From an uncultured Alphaproteobacteria bacterium (lineage in GTDB: Bacteria > Pseudomonadota > Alphaproteobacteria > Acetobacterales > Acetobacteraceae), in assembly GCA_963812585.1 (NCBI GenBank), contig CAWEVT010000008.1:24576-88575 (forward strand): a stretch of 64,000 bases of DNA, in the 5' to 3' direction. Under the pieces are notes generated by a model. The model saw only the letters and a list, made by a program, of their open reading frames with translations. It made no database searches and was not told the origin of the DNA. Both the position numbers and the translations under genes were made by a program. The stretch's first letter is position 1; every line of letters starts with the position of its first letter. Positions 49,317 through 58,976 of the stretch are shown here, piece by piece.

Positions 49317-50968
49317 TGCGGCTTCCCGCTGCCCTGGTGCCGTTGCGCATCGGCACCTTCCGCCAGCTGTGGATCGCCGGCGTCATCGGTTGGCTCGGCA
49401 CCTGGCTGCAGAACACCGGGGCCGGGTGGCTGATGACCTCGCTGGATCCCAAGCCACTGATCGTGGCCGCGGTCCAGGCCGCGACGATCATGCCGGTGTT
49501 CCTCCTCGCCATTCCAGGCGGAGCGCTCGCCGACATTGTCGACCGGCGCATCTTCCTGATCGGCACCCAGCTTTGGACTATCGCCTTCGCCACCCTTCTG
49601 GCACTCCTGACAATCTTCGGCGGGATGACCTCCCAATGGCTGCTGGTGCTGACTTTCGCGATCGGCATCGGCTCCGCGCTGACCAACCCGGCCTGGAGCG
49701 CGATCGTGCCGGAGTTGGTCCCGCGCGAGGATATGGTGCAGGCGATCGCCCTCAATGGCATCGGCTTCAACCTGACCCGCGCGGTCGGTCCGGCGCTGGC
49801 CGGCTTCTTGATCCTGCTCGGCGGCTCCAGCCTGGCATTCTCAATGTATGCCGTGTCGATCATTTCGGTGATCGCGGCGCTGTTCGCGTGGCGCCGACGC
49901 GGCCGGCATTTCACCGGCCTGCCGCGCGAGCATTTCGTCTCCGCCATGCGTGCCGGTATGCGCTTCGTCCGCAACACCCCGGCGGTGCAGGCCGCGATGG
50001 TGCGAACCGCATCATACTCGATCCCGGCCTCGGCCCCCTGGGCATTGCTGCCATTGTTCGTCCGGCATGACCTTGCCCTGGGCGCCGGCATGTATGGCGT
50101 GATCCTCGGAATGATGGGGATCGGAGGGGTCACCTCCGGCATGCTCTTGCCCATGGTGCGGGGCAAGTTATCCCGTGGCGGCACCGTGGTCGGCTGCACC
50201 ATCCTGTCATGTGTCGGAATGGCCATCGTCGGGGTATCACGCCACTGGCTGCCGGCGTCGTTCGGCATGCTTATCTTCGGCCTCGGATGGACCTCGGCCT
50301 TCGCCACGATCCAGGCGGCGGCACAGCTCGTCTGCCCATCTTGGGTTCGCGCCCGTGCCTTGTCGATCTTCCAGCTCGCGCAGAACGGAGCACTCACCCT
50401 CGGCTCCTTCGGCTGGGGCTGGCTCGGCGGCCGGATCGGCTTGTCGCACACCTTTCTCACCGCCTCGGTTGTCGGGCTCGTGCTGATGCTGATCGTCCGT
50501 AACTTTAGCATCGAAGCCGTCGTTCGTGGCGCCGGTCTCGGCACCGACCTGCCCGGGCCACTGCCCGAAGCCCCGGCGCCTGAATTTGTCCCACTGTTGC
50601 GCAACGCACGCGGACGGATCATGGAGATCGCCCATTATCGTGTCGAATCCGCGCGCCGGAAGGAGTTCCTGAAGCTCATGGTGGAGGTGCATCATGTGCG
50701 CGGGCGGTCTGGAGCCGTGTTCTGGCGACTGTATCACGACGTCGCGCATCCCGAGGGGTGGATCGAAGTCTGGTCGATGGAAAGCTGGACGGATCATCTG
50801 CGTGAAGTCATTCGTCTGTCCGATGACGACAAGCGCTTGTTGGCGTCGGCGTCGGTGTTCCAGCAGGACGCCGAGCGGCCGTCCCGCTATTTGGCGGTCG
50901 ATCCGCAAGAACATGGTCATGGGCCGAGGCCGTCGGGGCGAGACGGGCTGCCCCTGGCTCATGCCTAG
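49316..50968 (+). CDS. MFS transporter (EntS/MFS_3-like) with a soluble C-terminal domain of about 100 aa
   Basis: ATG 49316 overlaps the yceI stop (cTGATGc). 12 predicted helices (FRQLWIAGVIGWLGTWLQNTGAGWLM..), then IAHYRVESARRKEFLKLMVEVHHVR..WIEVWSMESWTDHLRE. Confidence 0.85.
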   Translation: MRLPAALVPLRIGTFRQLWIAGVIGWLGTWLQNTGAGWLMTSLDPKPLIVAAVQAATIMPVFLLAIPGGALADIVDRRIFLIGTQLWTIAFATLLALLTIFGGMTSQWLLVLTFAIGIGSALTNPAWSAIVPELVPREDMVQAIALNGIGFNLTRAVGPALAGFLILLGGSSLAFSMYAVSIISVIAALFAWRRRGRHFTGLPREHFVSAMRAGMRFVRNTPAVQAAMVRTASYSIPASAPWALLPLFVRHDLALGAGMYGVILGMMGIGGVTSGMLLPMVRGKLSRGGTVVGCTILSCVGMAIVGVSRHWLPASFGMLIFGLGWTSAFATIQAAAQLVCPSWVRARALSIFQLAQNGALTLGSFGWGWLGGRIGLSHTFLTASVVGLVLMLIVRNFSIEAVVRGAGLGTDLPGPLPEAPAPEFVPLLRNARGRIMEIAHYRVESARRKEFLKLMVEVHHVRGRSGAVFWRLYHDVAHPEGWIEVWSMESWTDHLREVIRLSDDDKRLLASASVFQQDAERPSRYLAVDPQEHGHGPRPSGRDGLPLAHA

Positions 50969-51079
50969 CAGGCTGCCGAAAAGCCCTACCGAAAACGAAA
51001 ATCCACTCTGTTTGTCGAGGATTGCGACGTCCAGGAGAGATTTTCGCCCAATTTTTCGCTGCCGCCAAGCCGCTGATGC

Positions 51080-51430
51080 GGCCTTGGGCAAATTCCGGGC
51101 AGACTGATCCCGTCGCCGGCAGCCGCGGCAGGCTGGATCAAGTTGTAAGCCGCCGCCTTGAACACAAACATCCACTCGACCCGTCCCACACCGCGAAATT
51201 GGTTCGCCCCATGCCGCCGACCTCCTTGATCCAGCCGTTCGCCTCCTCGATCCGCTTGCGAACGACCTGACTGAGCCGGTAACCGGCGTGGCGTGTTGTC
51301 CGCCCGTCGATGTTCGAGCCGCGGTGCGCATTGCAGTTCTGCGCCACACGCGGGGTCACACCGACGGCCGGCATAGTTGGCGGTCACGGCCACGCCTCCG
51401 GGTGGCGGAGGTGATGTCGCGGCCACCGCA
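51080..51430 (-). pseudogene. C-terminal remnant of an IS5/IS1182-like transposase, spread over at least 2 frames
   Basis: Fragments HAGYRLSQVVRKRIEEANGWIKEVGGMGRTNF and RGVGRVEWMFVFKAAAYNLIQ lie in different frames. There is no N-terminal catalytic part and no recognisable terminal repeats. Confidence 0.6.
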
Positions 51431-51772
51431 TGGATCGTGAACGCTGTTGAATTGCCGCGGATATCATAGACCGAATGCCTCGGCCATATCTTGGTGCATG
51501 ACGCCCAAATAAATATTGCACCTGCGTCATTCGGCTATACAGTCGTAACTACACAGAAATTTCATTGGTCTGTCCGCGTATCGACTGCGGACAAATCATC
51601 TGACCGGGGCGCGTGACGACCGCTCCGCTTGCGAGTACCGTTACTTTCTGTTATGGTCCAGTAGTTGCAGCGGTGTGAATCCACAGCGCGCTGCTTTGCC
51701 GCACCCGGCAGCGACAAATCCGCCTGAAGTAAATCAGAATAACAAGTGTCATATAGACAGAGGATCGTGCAA

Positions 51773-52522
51773 ATGTTCACCACCCGCCTCGCCAAAACAT
51801 TAGGTATCAGCCTGGCTGCCGGCATGGCGCTGACGGCCATGCCGATATCGCCCCAGGCGGCCGACCAACTATCACCGCCGCCCTACCTCGTGACGGGATT
51901 GAACGGCGTCGAAATCAACGTTGTCTGGGATGAGGCGGCGGTCCGCAAAGCGCTCCCGCGCGGCATTGAGCCGGTGAAGGAGGTGACCGGCGGCATCAAT
52001 ATCTATTCCGTCGAGCGAGGCAATGTCGTTGCGCCTTATTCGGCGGCCTATTTCTATGTAGACGTGGAAGGTTTTGATTCACCAGACGGCGTCAAGGGAC
52101 GATGGATGCTTGCCGGCGCCTATGGCCCAGACCCCAAGACCTCCGAGGCATTAAGGCAATATAACGGGCTGCCGGTACGGCCGGGCAGCTCACGCATTGA
52201 AAGCACGGCCGACGGAAAGCATGCGGTCGGCACGGTCAATGGACACGACGTCATCACCGCAGACTTCAAACCTGTGCCCGGATCCTGCCAGCCGGCGGCT
52301 GTCCGCCTGAACTACGTCGCACTCGCACCGCAGGGCGAACAACCTGAAGTCAACCATATTCCGTTCGTGGGCGAAATTTGCAAAGCAGAGCCGGTGTCAG
52401 CCAAAATAGTTGCTCCATCAGGGGATCCCTTCGCGGCGTTTTCGATAGTGAAAGTCACCGGCGTAAGCGAAACGAAAAATGGCGCTGCCACATTCACCAC
52501 GCCGCAGCTCGGCACAAAATAG
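51773..52522 (+). CDS. Secreted hypothetical protein (weak resemblance to the acetoacetate-decarboxylase-like fold, unverified)
   Basis: ATG 51773 lies 9 nt after GAGGA. Signal peptide MFTTRLAKTLGISLAAGMALTAMPISPQAA. 249 aa, in a lower-G+C stretch. Confidence 0.62.
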   Translation: MFTTRLAKTLGISLAAGMALTAMPISPQAADQLSPPPYLVTGLNGVEINVVWDEAAVRKALPRGIEPVKEVTGGINIYSVERGNVVAPYSAAYFYVDVEGFDSPDGVKGRWMLAGAYGPDPKTSEALRQYNGLPVRPGSSRIESTADGKHAVGTVNGHDVITADFKPVPGSCQPAAVRLNYVALAPQGEQPEVNHIPFVGEICKAEPVSAKIVAPSGDPFAAFSIVKVTGVSETKNGAATFTTPQLGTK

Positions 52523-52816
52523 TTGCAGCAGAAGGCCAGCGGAGCGGCCTCTACTCGCTGGCCAAAAGCTCACTCTTCAAACCTGCATCGCCACCCTGTC
52601 CCCCATCTGGTCGGGGAACTTCTGACCGCGCCACTGCCTGCCTGAGGGCGCCCCCGCGTAGCGACCCCCCGGGCGGGCCACCGCTGCTAAAGTCGAGGAC
52701 TGCCGACTGGCTTCGAATGAGTATGCTTACAGCCCGGATCCGTGCTAGGACTCGGCACCGGTTGCCCGCCGAACGGAATATTTAGCCCGCCTTACCCAAA
52801 TGGAAGGAGGCTTCCA

Positions 52817-53869
52817 GTGCCGATCATGCAGGGACGACGCCGCTTCCTATCCAGCCTTGCGTTAGCCGGCGCCGCCGGCCTTGGTGGCACTGGCGCCGTT
52901 ACCCTCGGGGGCGCCAGAAGTTCGGTTGCCGCCGAACCACCGCCGGAGATCACTACAATCCGCCTCCAAAACGACCTGAACACCTGTATTGCGCCGCTGA
53001 CTGTCCAGGAGCTGCTGCGCGCAGAGGGCTTTACCGATATCCGCTATGTCGACGTGACGGAAGCTCACATACGCGCGGCGTCCGCCGCCAACGTCGGCAC
53101 CAGTGACTACATGATCGCGAGCGGTGAGGCAGATTTTGCGAGAGATTTCACACCATCTCACATCGCCTCGGCGGAAGCTGGTCTGCCGATCACCATCCTC
53201 GCCGGATTGCATTCGGGGTGCTTCGAGGTGCTCGGGAAAGACGACATCCGCAGCATCGCGGACCTGAAGGGAAGGACGGTGGGAGCTTATGGCAGCGGCG
53301 ATGAGTGGTTGCTCAAGATTATGGCCTCGTTAGTCGGGCTCGATCCTGTAAAGGACATCAGATGGATCCCGAGCCTTTCGCGTGCCCCAGAGGACCTCTT
53401 CATCGAGGGCAAAGTCGATGCCTTCCTCGCCAGTCCGCCCGGTTTACAGGAACTGCGCAGCCGTAATATCGGTCACGTGATAGCAAGCAGCATCGCGGAT
53501 CGCCCGTGGTCTCAGTATTTCTGCTGCATGTTATCCACCAGCACAGTGTTTGCCCAAAAATATCCGATCGCAACCAAGCGAGTGCTGCGCGCCATTCTCA
53601 AGGCTGCCGATCTCTGCGTATCGGACCCAAAGCAGATCGCTCAGCTGCTGGTAGCGCAAGGGTATACCGACCGCTATGACTACGCGCTGCAGATGCTGAA
53701 CGAAACCCGTTACGACCTTTGGCGCGATTACGATCCCAGCGACACACTCCTATTTTACGCGCTGCGCATGCACGAAGCAGGGCTGATCAAGTCCAGCCCG
53801 CAGAAGCTTATCGCTGAGCACACGGATTGGCGTTTCCTGAACGAACTCAAGCGCGAGCTGAAGACGTGA
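52817..53869 (+). CDS. Tat-signal ABC-type substrate-binding protein (NMT1/THI5, NitT/TauT-like), orphan
   Basis: GTG 52817 lies 6 nt after AAGGAGG; ATG 52826 is an alternative. Twin-arginine motif QGRRRFLSSLALAGAAG. No permease or ATPase gene is adjacent. Confidence 0.78.
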   Translation: MPIMQGRRRFLSSLALAGAAGLGGTGAVTLGGARSSVAAEPPPEITTIRLQNDLNTCIAPLTVQELLRAEGFTDIRYVDVTEAHIRAASAANVGTSDYMIASGEADFARDFTPSHIASAEAGLPITILAGLHSGCFEVLGKDDIRSIADLKGRTVGAYGSGDEWLLKIMASLVGLDPVKDIRWIPSLSRAPEDLFIEGKVDAFLASPPGLQELRSRNIGHVIASSIADRPWSQYFCCMLSTSTVFAQKYPIATKRVLRAILKAADLCVSDPKQIAQLLVAQGYTDRYDYALQMLNETRYDLWRDYDPSDTLLFYALRMHEAGLIKSSPQKLIAEHTDWRFLNELKRELKT

Positions 53870-54169
53870 GTTTTCCGAGGATGGATGGCGAAAACATATA
53901 ATGCGCAGATCACTCTCAGTGGAGAGGCGGTTAAGAGAACTCCGCAGCAAGAGTATGGCCCCTAACAACGTATCACGGTAAGTCTGCCACACACCAACAG
54001 TACCTGTATCGATTTCCATTCTCGTAGACGGAGTCGGGCTTTTTCCGTGCTGCGTAATTCTTAATTTATGCACCGGCAGAAATCGCAGCCTGGGGGGTTA
54101 TCGGCTTGACGCGACGCCGCTCTTGCCGCCCCATAGAGTTCACGACGCTATCATACCGAGGAGGTCGCT

Positions 54170-54509
54170 ATGGTTGACGCCCACGACAGGCAACTCTTCA
54201 CTTATGCGGATAGTAACGACGCCGACTGGCAGGAATTTCGGCCCGGCTCGCGACGCAAGGTCCTCATGAGGACCCGGCAACAGGTCAACTCACCATGCTG
54301 GTCCAATGGGATGCCGGATACCGGATGGGCGCCCTTGAACAGCACGAGCACGACGAACATCTGTATATCTTAGCGGGCACCTTTGTTGATGAACAGCATA
54401 AGTCGAACCCGGCACCTATATCCTCTGTCGGGCCGGGTCCAGACACCAAGCCTCCACGCCTGACGGATGCACGTACCTCGAAATAGTGCCCGGTCGCTCG
54501 GAGCCGTAA
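54170..54509 (+). pseudogene. Small cupin (ChrR-like cupin_7) gene with two -1 frameshifts
   Basis: ATG 54170 follows GAGGAGG. The gene reads ..WQEFRPGSRRKVL / HEDPATGQLTMLVQWDAGYRMGALEQHEHDEHLYILAGTFVDEQHKS / PGTYILCRAGSRHQASTPDGCTYLEIVPGRSEP* across three frames. The junctions are near 54261-54266 and 54405-54412. Confidence 0.7.
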
Positions 54510-54721
54510 ATAAACATGAGGTCCCAGCCGCTGCAATTTCACACGGTCTGCATTGAATTCTGAAACCTGCCTGTGGCCTTAACCCAAAAGCACGAGGTGA
54601 CGGCACTCGCCCCTTTCGACTGGATTGACACACTAGGCGCCACGGCTTAGCCGCCGCAGTATAATAAAAAGGGTTGAAGATGGCGAGAGTTCATCATGGA
54701 AGTCAGTGGCAGTCGGCGGAC

Positions 54722-55523
54722 GGTTCTGTCGCAGATTTTCGGGTGGCTGCGGCGTCGCGTAAGATCGGCTCCGACGGCCTCATGGGATGACGGGCGATGA
54801 TCGAGTTCAAGGGTAGCCATTTCGAGCGGGAGGTGATCCTGTGGGGTGTGCGCTGGTACGTGGCGTATCCGATCAGCTATCGCCAGCTCGAGGAAATGAT
54901 GCAGGAGCGCGGCGTGGAGGTCGATCACGCCACGCTCAATCGGTGGGTGCTCAAATATGTCCCGCTCTTGGACCAGCAATTCCGCGCGCGGAAGCGTCCG
55001 GTCGGGTCCAGTTGGCGAATGGACGAGACCTATGTACGGATCAAGGGCACCTGGAAGTATCTGTATCGAGCCGTCGACAAGGCCGGCGCCACGGTGGACT
55101 TCCTGCTGACAGCCAAACGGGATCGCAAGGCTGCGCTGCGTTTCTTACGCAAGGCGATCGGGCAGAACGGTACGCCCGAGAAGATCACGATCGACAAGAG
55201 CGGCGCCAACACGGCAGCGATCGAAAGCTACAACAAGGATCATGAGGCCGGCATCGAGATCCGTCAGGTGAAATACCTCAACAACATCGTTGAACAAGAT
55301 CATCGAGCGGTCAAACGATTGGCACGACCGATGCTGGGGTTCAAATCCTTCCGATCGGCTGCGGTGACGCTGACGGGTATCGAACTGATGCACATGATCC
55401 GGAAGGGCCAGTTGCGGACGAAGGGGAATTGCGTCCAGCGCAGGCGTTCTATTCGCTAGCGGCATAAAGCAATCTTGGCTGCCCAACCCGATCTCGGCCA
55501 CCTGGGAAATTTGCGACAGAACC
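54722..55523 (+). mobile_element. IS6-family insertion sequence (copy 1, about 800 bp)
   Basis: Terminal inverted repeats GGTTCTGTCGCAGATTTTC (54722-54740) and, as reverse complement, GGTTCTGTCGCAAATTTC (55506-55523), enclosing one transposase gene. The flanking 8-mers differ (cggcggac versus gtacctgg). Confidence 0.85.
54797..55467 (+). pseudogene. IS6-family transposase, frameshifted 15 codons before the end
   Basis: MIEFKGSHFEREVILWGVRWYVAYPISYRQLEEMMQERG..DETYVRIKG..YLNNIVEQDHRAVK. The expected tail DEGELRPAQAFYSLAA* is in another frame and ends at TAA 55465-55467. The junction is at about 55414-55417. Confidence 0.85.
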
Positions 55524-55625
55524 GTACCTGGTGCAGGGCGCCCGAGCCGAAAGCATCCCGGTGGGTTTGGGCAACGAACTTCAAGCAAGTTTGCAGCAAT
55601 AAGGTGATGAGAAGATATTTATGGT

Positions 55626-57005
55626 TCATGCCAAGGGCAGAATGTTCTGGTTCAGGTGAAAGAAATTGCCCGGGTCGTGCTTTGTCTTTATTTCCCGAAG
55701 CCGCTGGTAGTTGGGGCCATACGCCGCCGGAACTGAGTCCGCGGCTTCATCGTCATCCAGGTAATTCACATACCGGCCGGGCGCGACGAACGGTTTCATT
55801 GCCGCGTAGGTCTCGCGTACCCACGCCGTGCAGCGGTCGGCGATCGCAGGGTCCATGGTCTGTGACAGGATCAGGAAATTGTACCCATCGCGCCGATGCG
55901 GGAATGCCGTGTCGGTGGCGCCGACCCGCGACGCCGCACCGTGGAAGTGCTCGAGAAACAGCTGTCCCATCGGAGTTCGGACAATGAGAGAAACACTCGA
56001 TCATCATATCGATGGCTTCGTCGCTCAGTCGCGTGAGAAAGCTAGATTTCCAATAATTCAGCGCACCTTTGGGATAGCTGGCGTCCAGCATGCTGTTGAG
56101 CTGGCAATACGGCATAGGACCGAGCGCATCGATGACCGGCGAACCGAACCGCTTGATCGGCTGCATCGCCGCCTCGCCTTCGGCCAGTGGTCCACAGTGG
56201 CAGGCGGCCATGGCCGCCAGTTTGGCGCCAGAGCCGTCCGGGGAGTGGACCAATGTCGCGGATACCGATAGCTCATCGGGGATCGCCGCGGTGAAGTCCC
56301 GATAAAATCGTAGCATCTCGCGGGCGTTGTCGAACGGATAGGCGATCAGACCACCGGTAATCGTGGGTCCAACCGGAAACAGCCGGTACTCGAAGGACGT
56401 CACCACGCCGAAATTGCCGCCGCCGCCACGCACGGCCCAGAACAGGTCCGGGTTCTCCTCGGCGCTCGCTTGCAGAACCTGCCCCTCCGCCGTCACCAAT
56501 TCGACCGACCGGAGATTGTCGAGGGCCAGCCCGTATTTTCCCATGAGCCATCCGAGGCCGCCGCCAAGCGTCAAGCCCGGCGATACCAGTGGTCGAGACG
56601 GCGCCGCCGGTCACTGCCAGGCCGTGCAGCTGCGTCTCTCGGTTCAAGGTCGGCCCAGGTCGCCCCGCCTTGCGCCCGGACCGTCCGGCGACCCGCATCG
56701 ACGTGAATGCCCTTCATCCCCGCCAGGTCGACCATCACGCCGCCTTCGACGACGGCTCGTCCCGCAACATTGTGCCCGCCGCCGCGGACAGAGAGCTCCA
56801 GGCCGAGCCGCGAGCGAGCTTCGATGGCGTCGACGACGTCCGCGACCCCGCGGCATTGGGCGATCAGCGCCGGCCGCTTGTCCACCATGCCGTTGTGGAC
56901 ATGCCTCGCGGCGTCGTAGCCCGCGTCGTCCGGCTGGAGCAGCAGACCTGAGAACGTGCCGGCAGTCTCGGATACGGCTTGTGCAACGGGCGACCCTGAA
57001 AGCAT
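55626..57005 (-). pseudogene. FAD-linked (PCMH/BBE-type) oxidase with three frameshifts
   Basis: ATG 57005 follows AGGAGA. Segments ..PALIAQCRGVADVV..VRGGGHNVAG..ATWADL / NRETQLHGLAVTGGAVSTTGIAGL / TLGGGLGWLMGKYGLALDNL..VRGGGGNFGVVTSFEY.. / MGQLFLEHFHGAASRV..YVNYLDDDE..HDPGNFFHLNQNI occupy different frames. The junctions are near 56641-56651, 56576-56578 and 55969-55973. Confidence 0.8.
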
Positions 57006-57199
57006 CGGCTGTCTCCTGTTCCACTCGAAAGCGTGTCGATAGGCGGCACGGTTAGAGTTGGCGGAAGCCCACGCGATCCCGGAAGCCACTTCCGATGCCC
57101 GCAATCGATAATCGATCACCACGAGTAGAGGGATTGGTTTGCCGTTCAAACGAGAAGATTTCATGCCCTGGATGAATTTAATTCAGCTACAGTGCGCCG

Positions 57200-57486
57200 A
57201 TGCGAAGACTACCACCGCTGAAAGCCCTCCGCGCCTTCGAGGCGGCCGCGCGGCACTTGAGCTTCAAGGCGGCCGCGGACGAACTCGGTCTGACGCCAAC
57301 AGCCATCAGCCATCAGATCCGCCTGCTGGAGATCCGTTGCCGGCTGCGCGCTGTTTCGCCGTCGGCCCCGGCCGCTGACGCTGACTTCGGCGGGTGCGGC
57401 ACTCTTCCCGGTGGTTCAGGGCAGTTTCGACACGATCGCGGAATCCTTTGCTGCAATAAGCGAGCGAAGCTGCCTCCCGGCAGGCT
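57200..57486 (+). pseudogene. LysR-family regulator remnant (HTH only), frameshifted and 3'-truncated
   Basis: MRRLPPLKALRAFEAAARHLSFKAAADELGLTPTAISHQIRLLE, then a frame change to ALFRRRPRPLTLTSAGAALFPVVQGSFDTIAESFAAISERS and TGA at 57484-57486. The effector-binding domain is absent. Divergent from the FAD oxidase pseudogene. Confidence 0.7.
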
Positions 57487-57512
57487 GAAACCGCGAACGT
57501 CGGTTCCTATGA

Positions 57513-58791
57513 CAGTGTCGGCGCGAGCACCTCGTATTCGACGCCGCTGGCCCCGGGCCGAAGAGCCTGTCCAATCACGTCGGCCCCGACCCGCCGCGGC
57601 TTTCCTTGGTTGTGCTGCCCTTTGCGGATATCGGCGGTGATCACGAGCAGGAATATATTGCCGACGGCATCACGGAGAGCCTCGCCACTGATCTTTCGCG
57701 CATTTCGGGCGCGTTCGTGATCGGCCACAACACCGCCTTCGTCTACAAGGGCAGCCCAATCGATCTCAGGCAGATCGGCCGCGATCTGAATGTGCGCTAC
57801 GCGTTGCAGGGAAGCGTTCAGCGCGAGGCAAACGGTTGCGCGTCAACGTCCAGTTGATCGATTGCAACCCAGCCACCCATCTGTGGGCCGAGCGGTTCGA
57901 CCAAACGCTGGCCGATCTGTTCGAGATGCAGGATGAAATTGTCGCCCGGCTCGCAAGCCAATTGGGTGCCCAACTGGTCGAAGCCGAAGCGCGGCGCGCC
58001 GAGCGATCGCCCGATCCCGATTCGGTGGATCTCTATTTCCGCGCCAGGGCCCTCATCAATCGGGGATCAACCGCAGAATATCTGAGGCCGGCCGAGGTCT
58101 TGCTGCAACGAGCGCTGCAGCTCGATCCAAACAATGTCGACGCATTGGCCGCAAAGGGATGGGTGGATATGGATTTCGGCGCCGGTTACATGGCTGACGA
58201 TCGCCCCGCCGCCCGCCTGGCGTCCGCGGAGGCGAGCGCAACCACGGCCTTTCTCTGGCGCCTGAACACGCTTTTGCGCACCTTGTGCTTGGCATCATTC
58301 TACGGTGCCGTCAATCGTGGAGACGAAGCGATTGCCGAATTTGAGCATGCGCTGATCCTCGACCGCAACCTGATCTATGCCCATGCACTGATCGGTATAG
58401 CAAAGACCGCGCTTGGGCGGGCGGAAGAGGCTGAAAATCATTACAGGGAAGCACTGCGACTCAGCCCTCGCGACGCTGCGGCCCATCACTGGATGAGCAG
58501 CGCCGGAACCTCAAAGCTCCACCTTGCGAAGGATGAAGAAGCGGTCTTGTGGTTTCGCCACGCCATCGAGGCTAACCGCAATTTTGCGTTCACGCATCTG
58601 TCGCTCGCGGCTGCGTTGGCGCATCTTGGGAGAATGGACGAGGCTCGTGCAGCGGCCAAGGCAGGGTTGGAGCTGGAGCCCGGTTTCACGATCGCCCGCT
58701 TCCGCGCCGGCGCCCGCAGCGAGAACCCTGTGTATCTTGGCGGGCGCGAACGCATCTATAAGGGATGCGCCGAGCCGGTATTCCCGGGTAG
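57513..58791 (+). pseudogene. TolB-N-like plus TPR signalling protein (the C-terminal module of common Rhizobiales cyclase/CadC-like regulators), 5'-truncated with several frame changes
   Basis: ..RLSLVVLPFADIGGDHEQEYIADGITESLATDLSRISGAFVIGHNTAF..VRYALQGSVQRE / LRVNVQLIDCNPATHLWAERFDQ..TPR.. / GMRRAGIPG*. Frame changes occur near 57836, 58228-58245, 58297-58303 and 58762. There is no N-terminal output or DNA-binding domain. Confidence 0.72.
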
Positions 58792-58976
58792 ACCATCGGA
58801 CGCTGGCTCATTTGTTGGTCTCGCCGCGCCATCGGTCACCGTCGACAGGACGCCCGATCGACATGCTTTCCACCGCAAGCGGACCTGCCGTGCGAAAATC
58901 AAGAATGGTGCACCAAAATTGGTACATTGAAACCATGGGGCTTTTCTGGTGCGCTAATTAGGTGCATATCAAAGCC

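Noticed and set aside
54797-55467. Programmed ribosomal frameshifting to explain the split IS6 transposases (also 62676-63384)
   Set aside because: IS6-family transposases are encoded by a single ORF. No slippery heptamer or downstream structure is present at either junction. In copy 1 the break lies only about 15 codons from the end.
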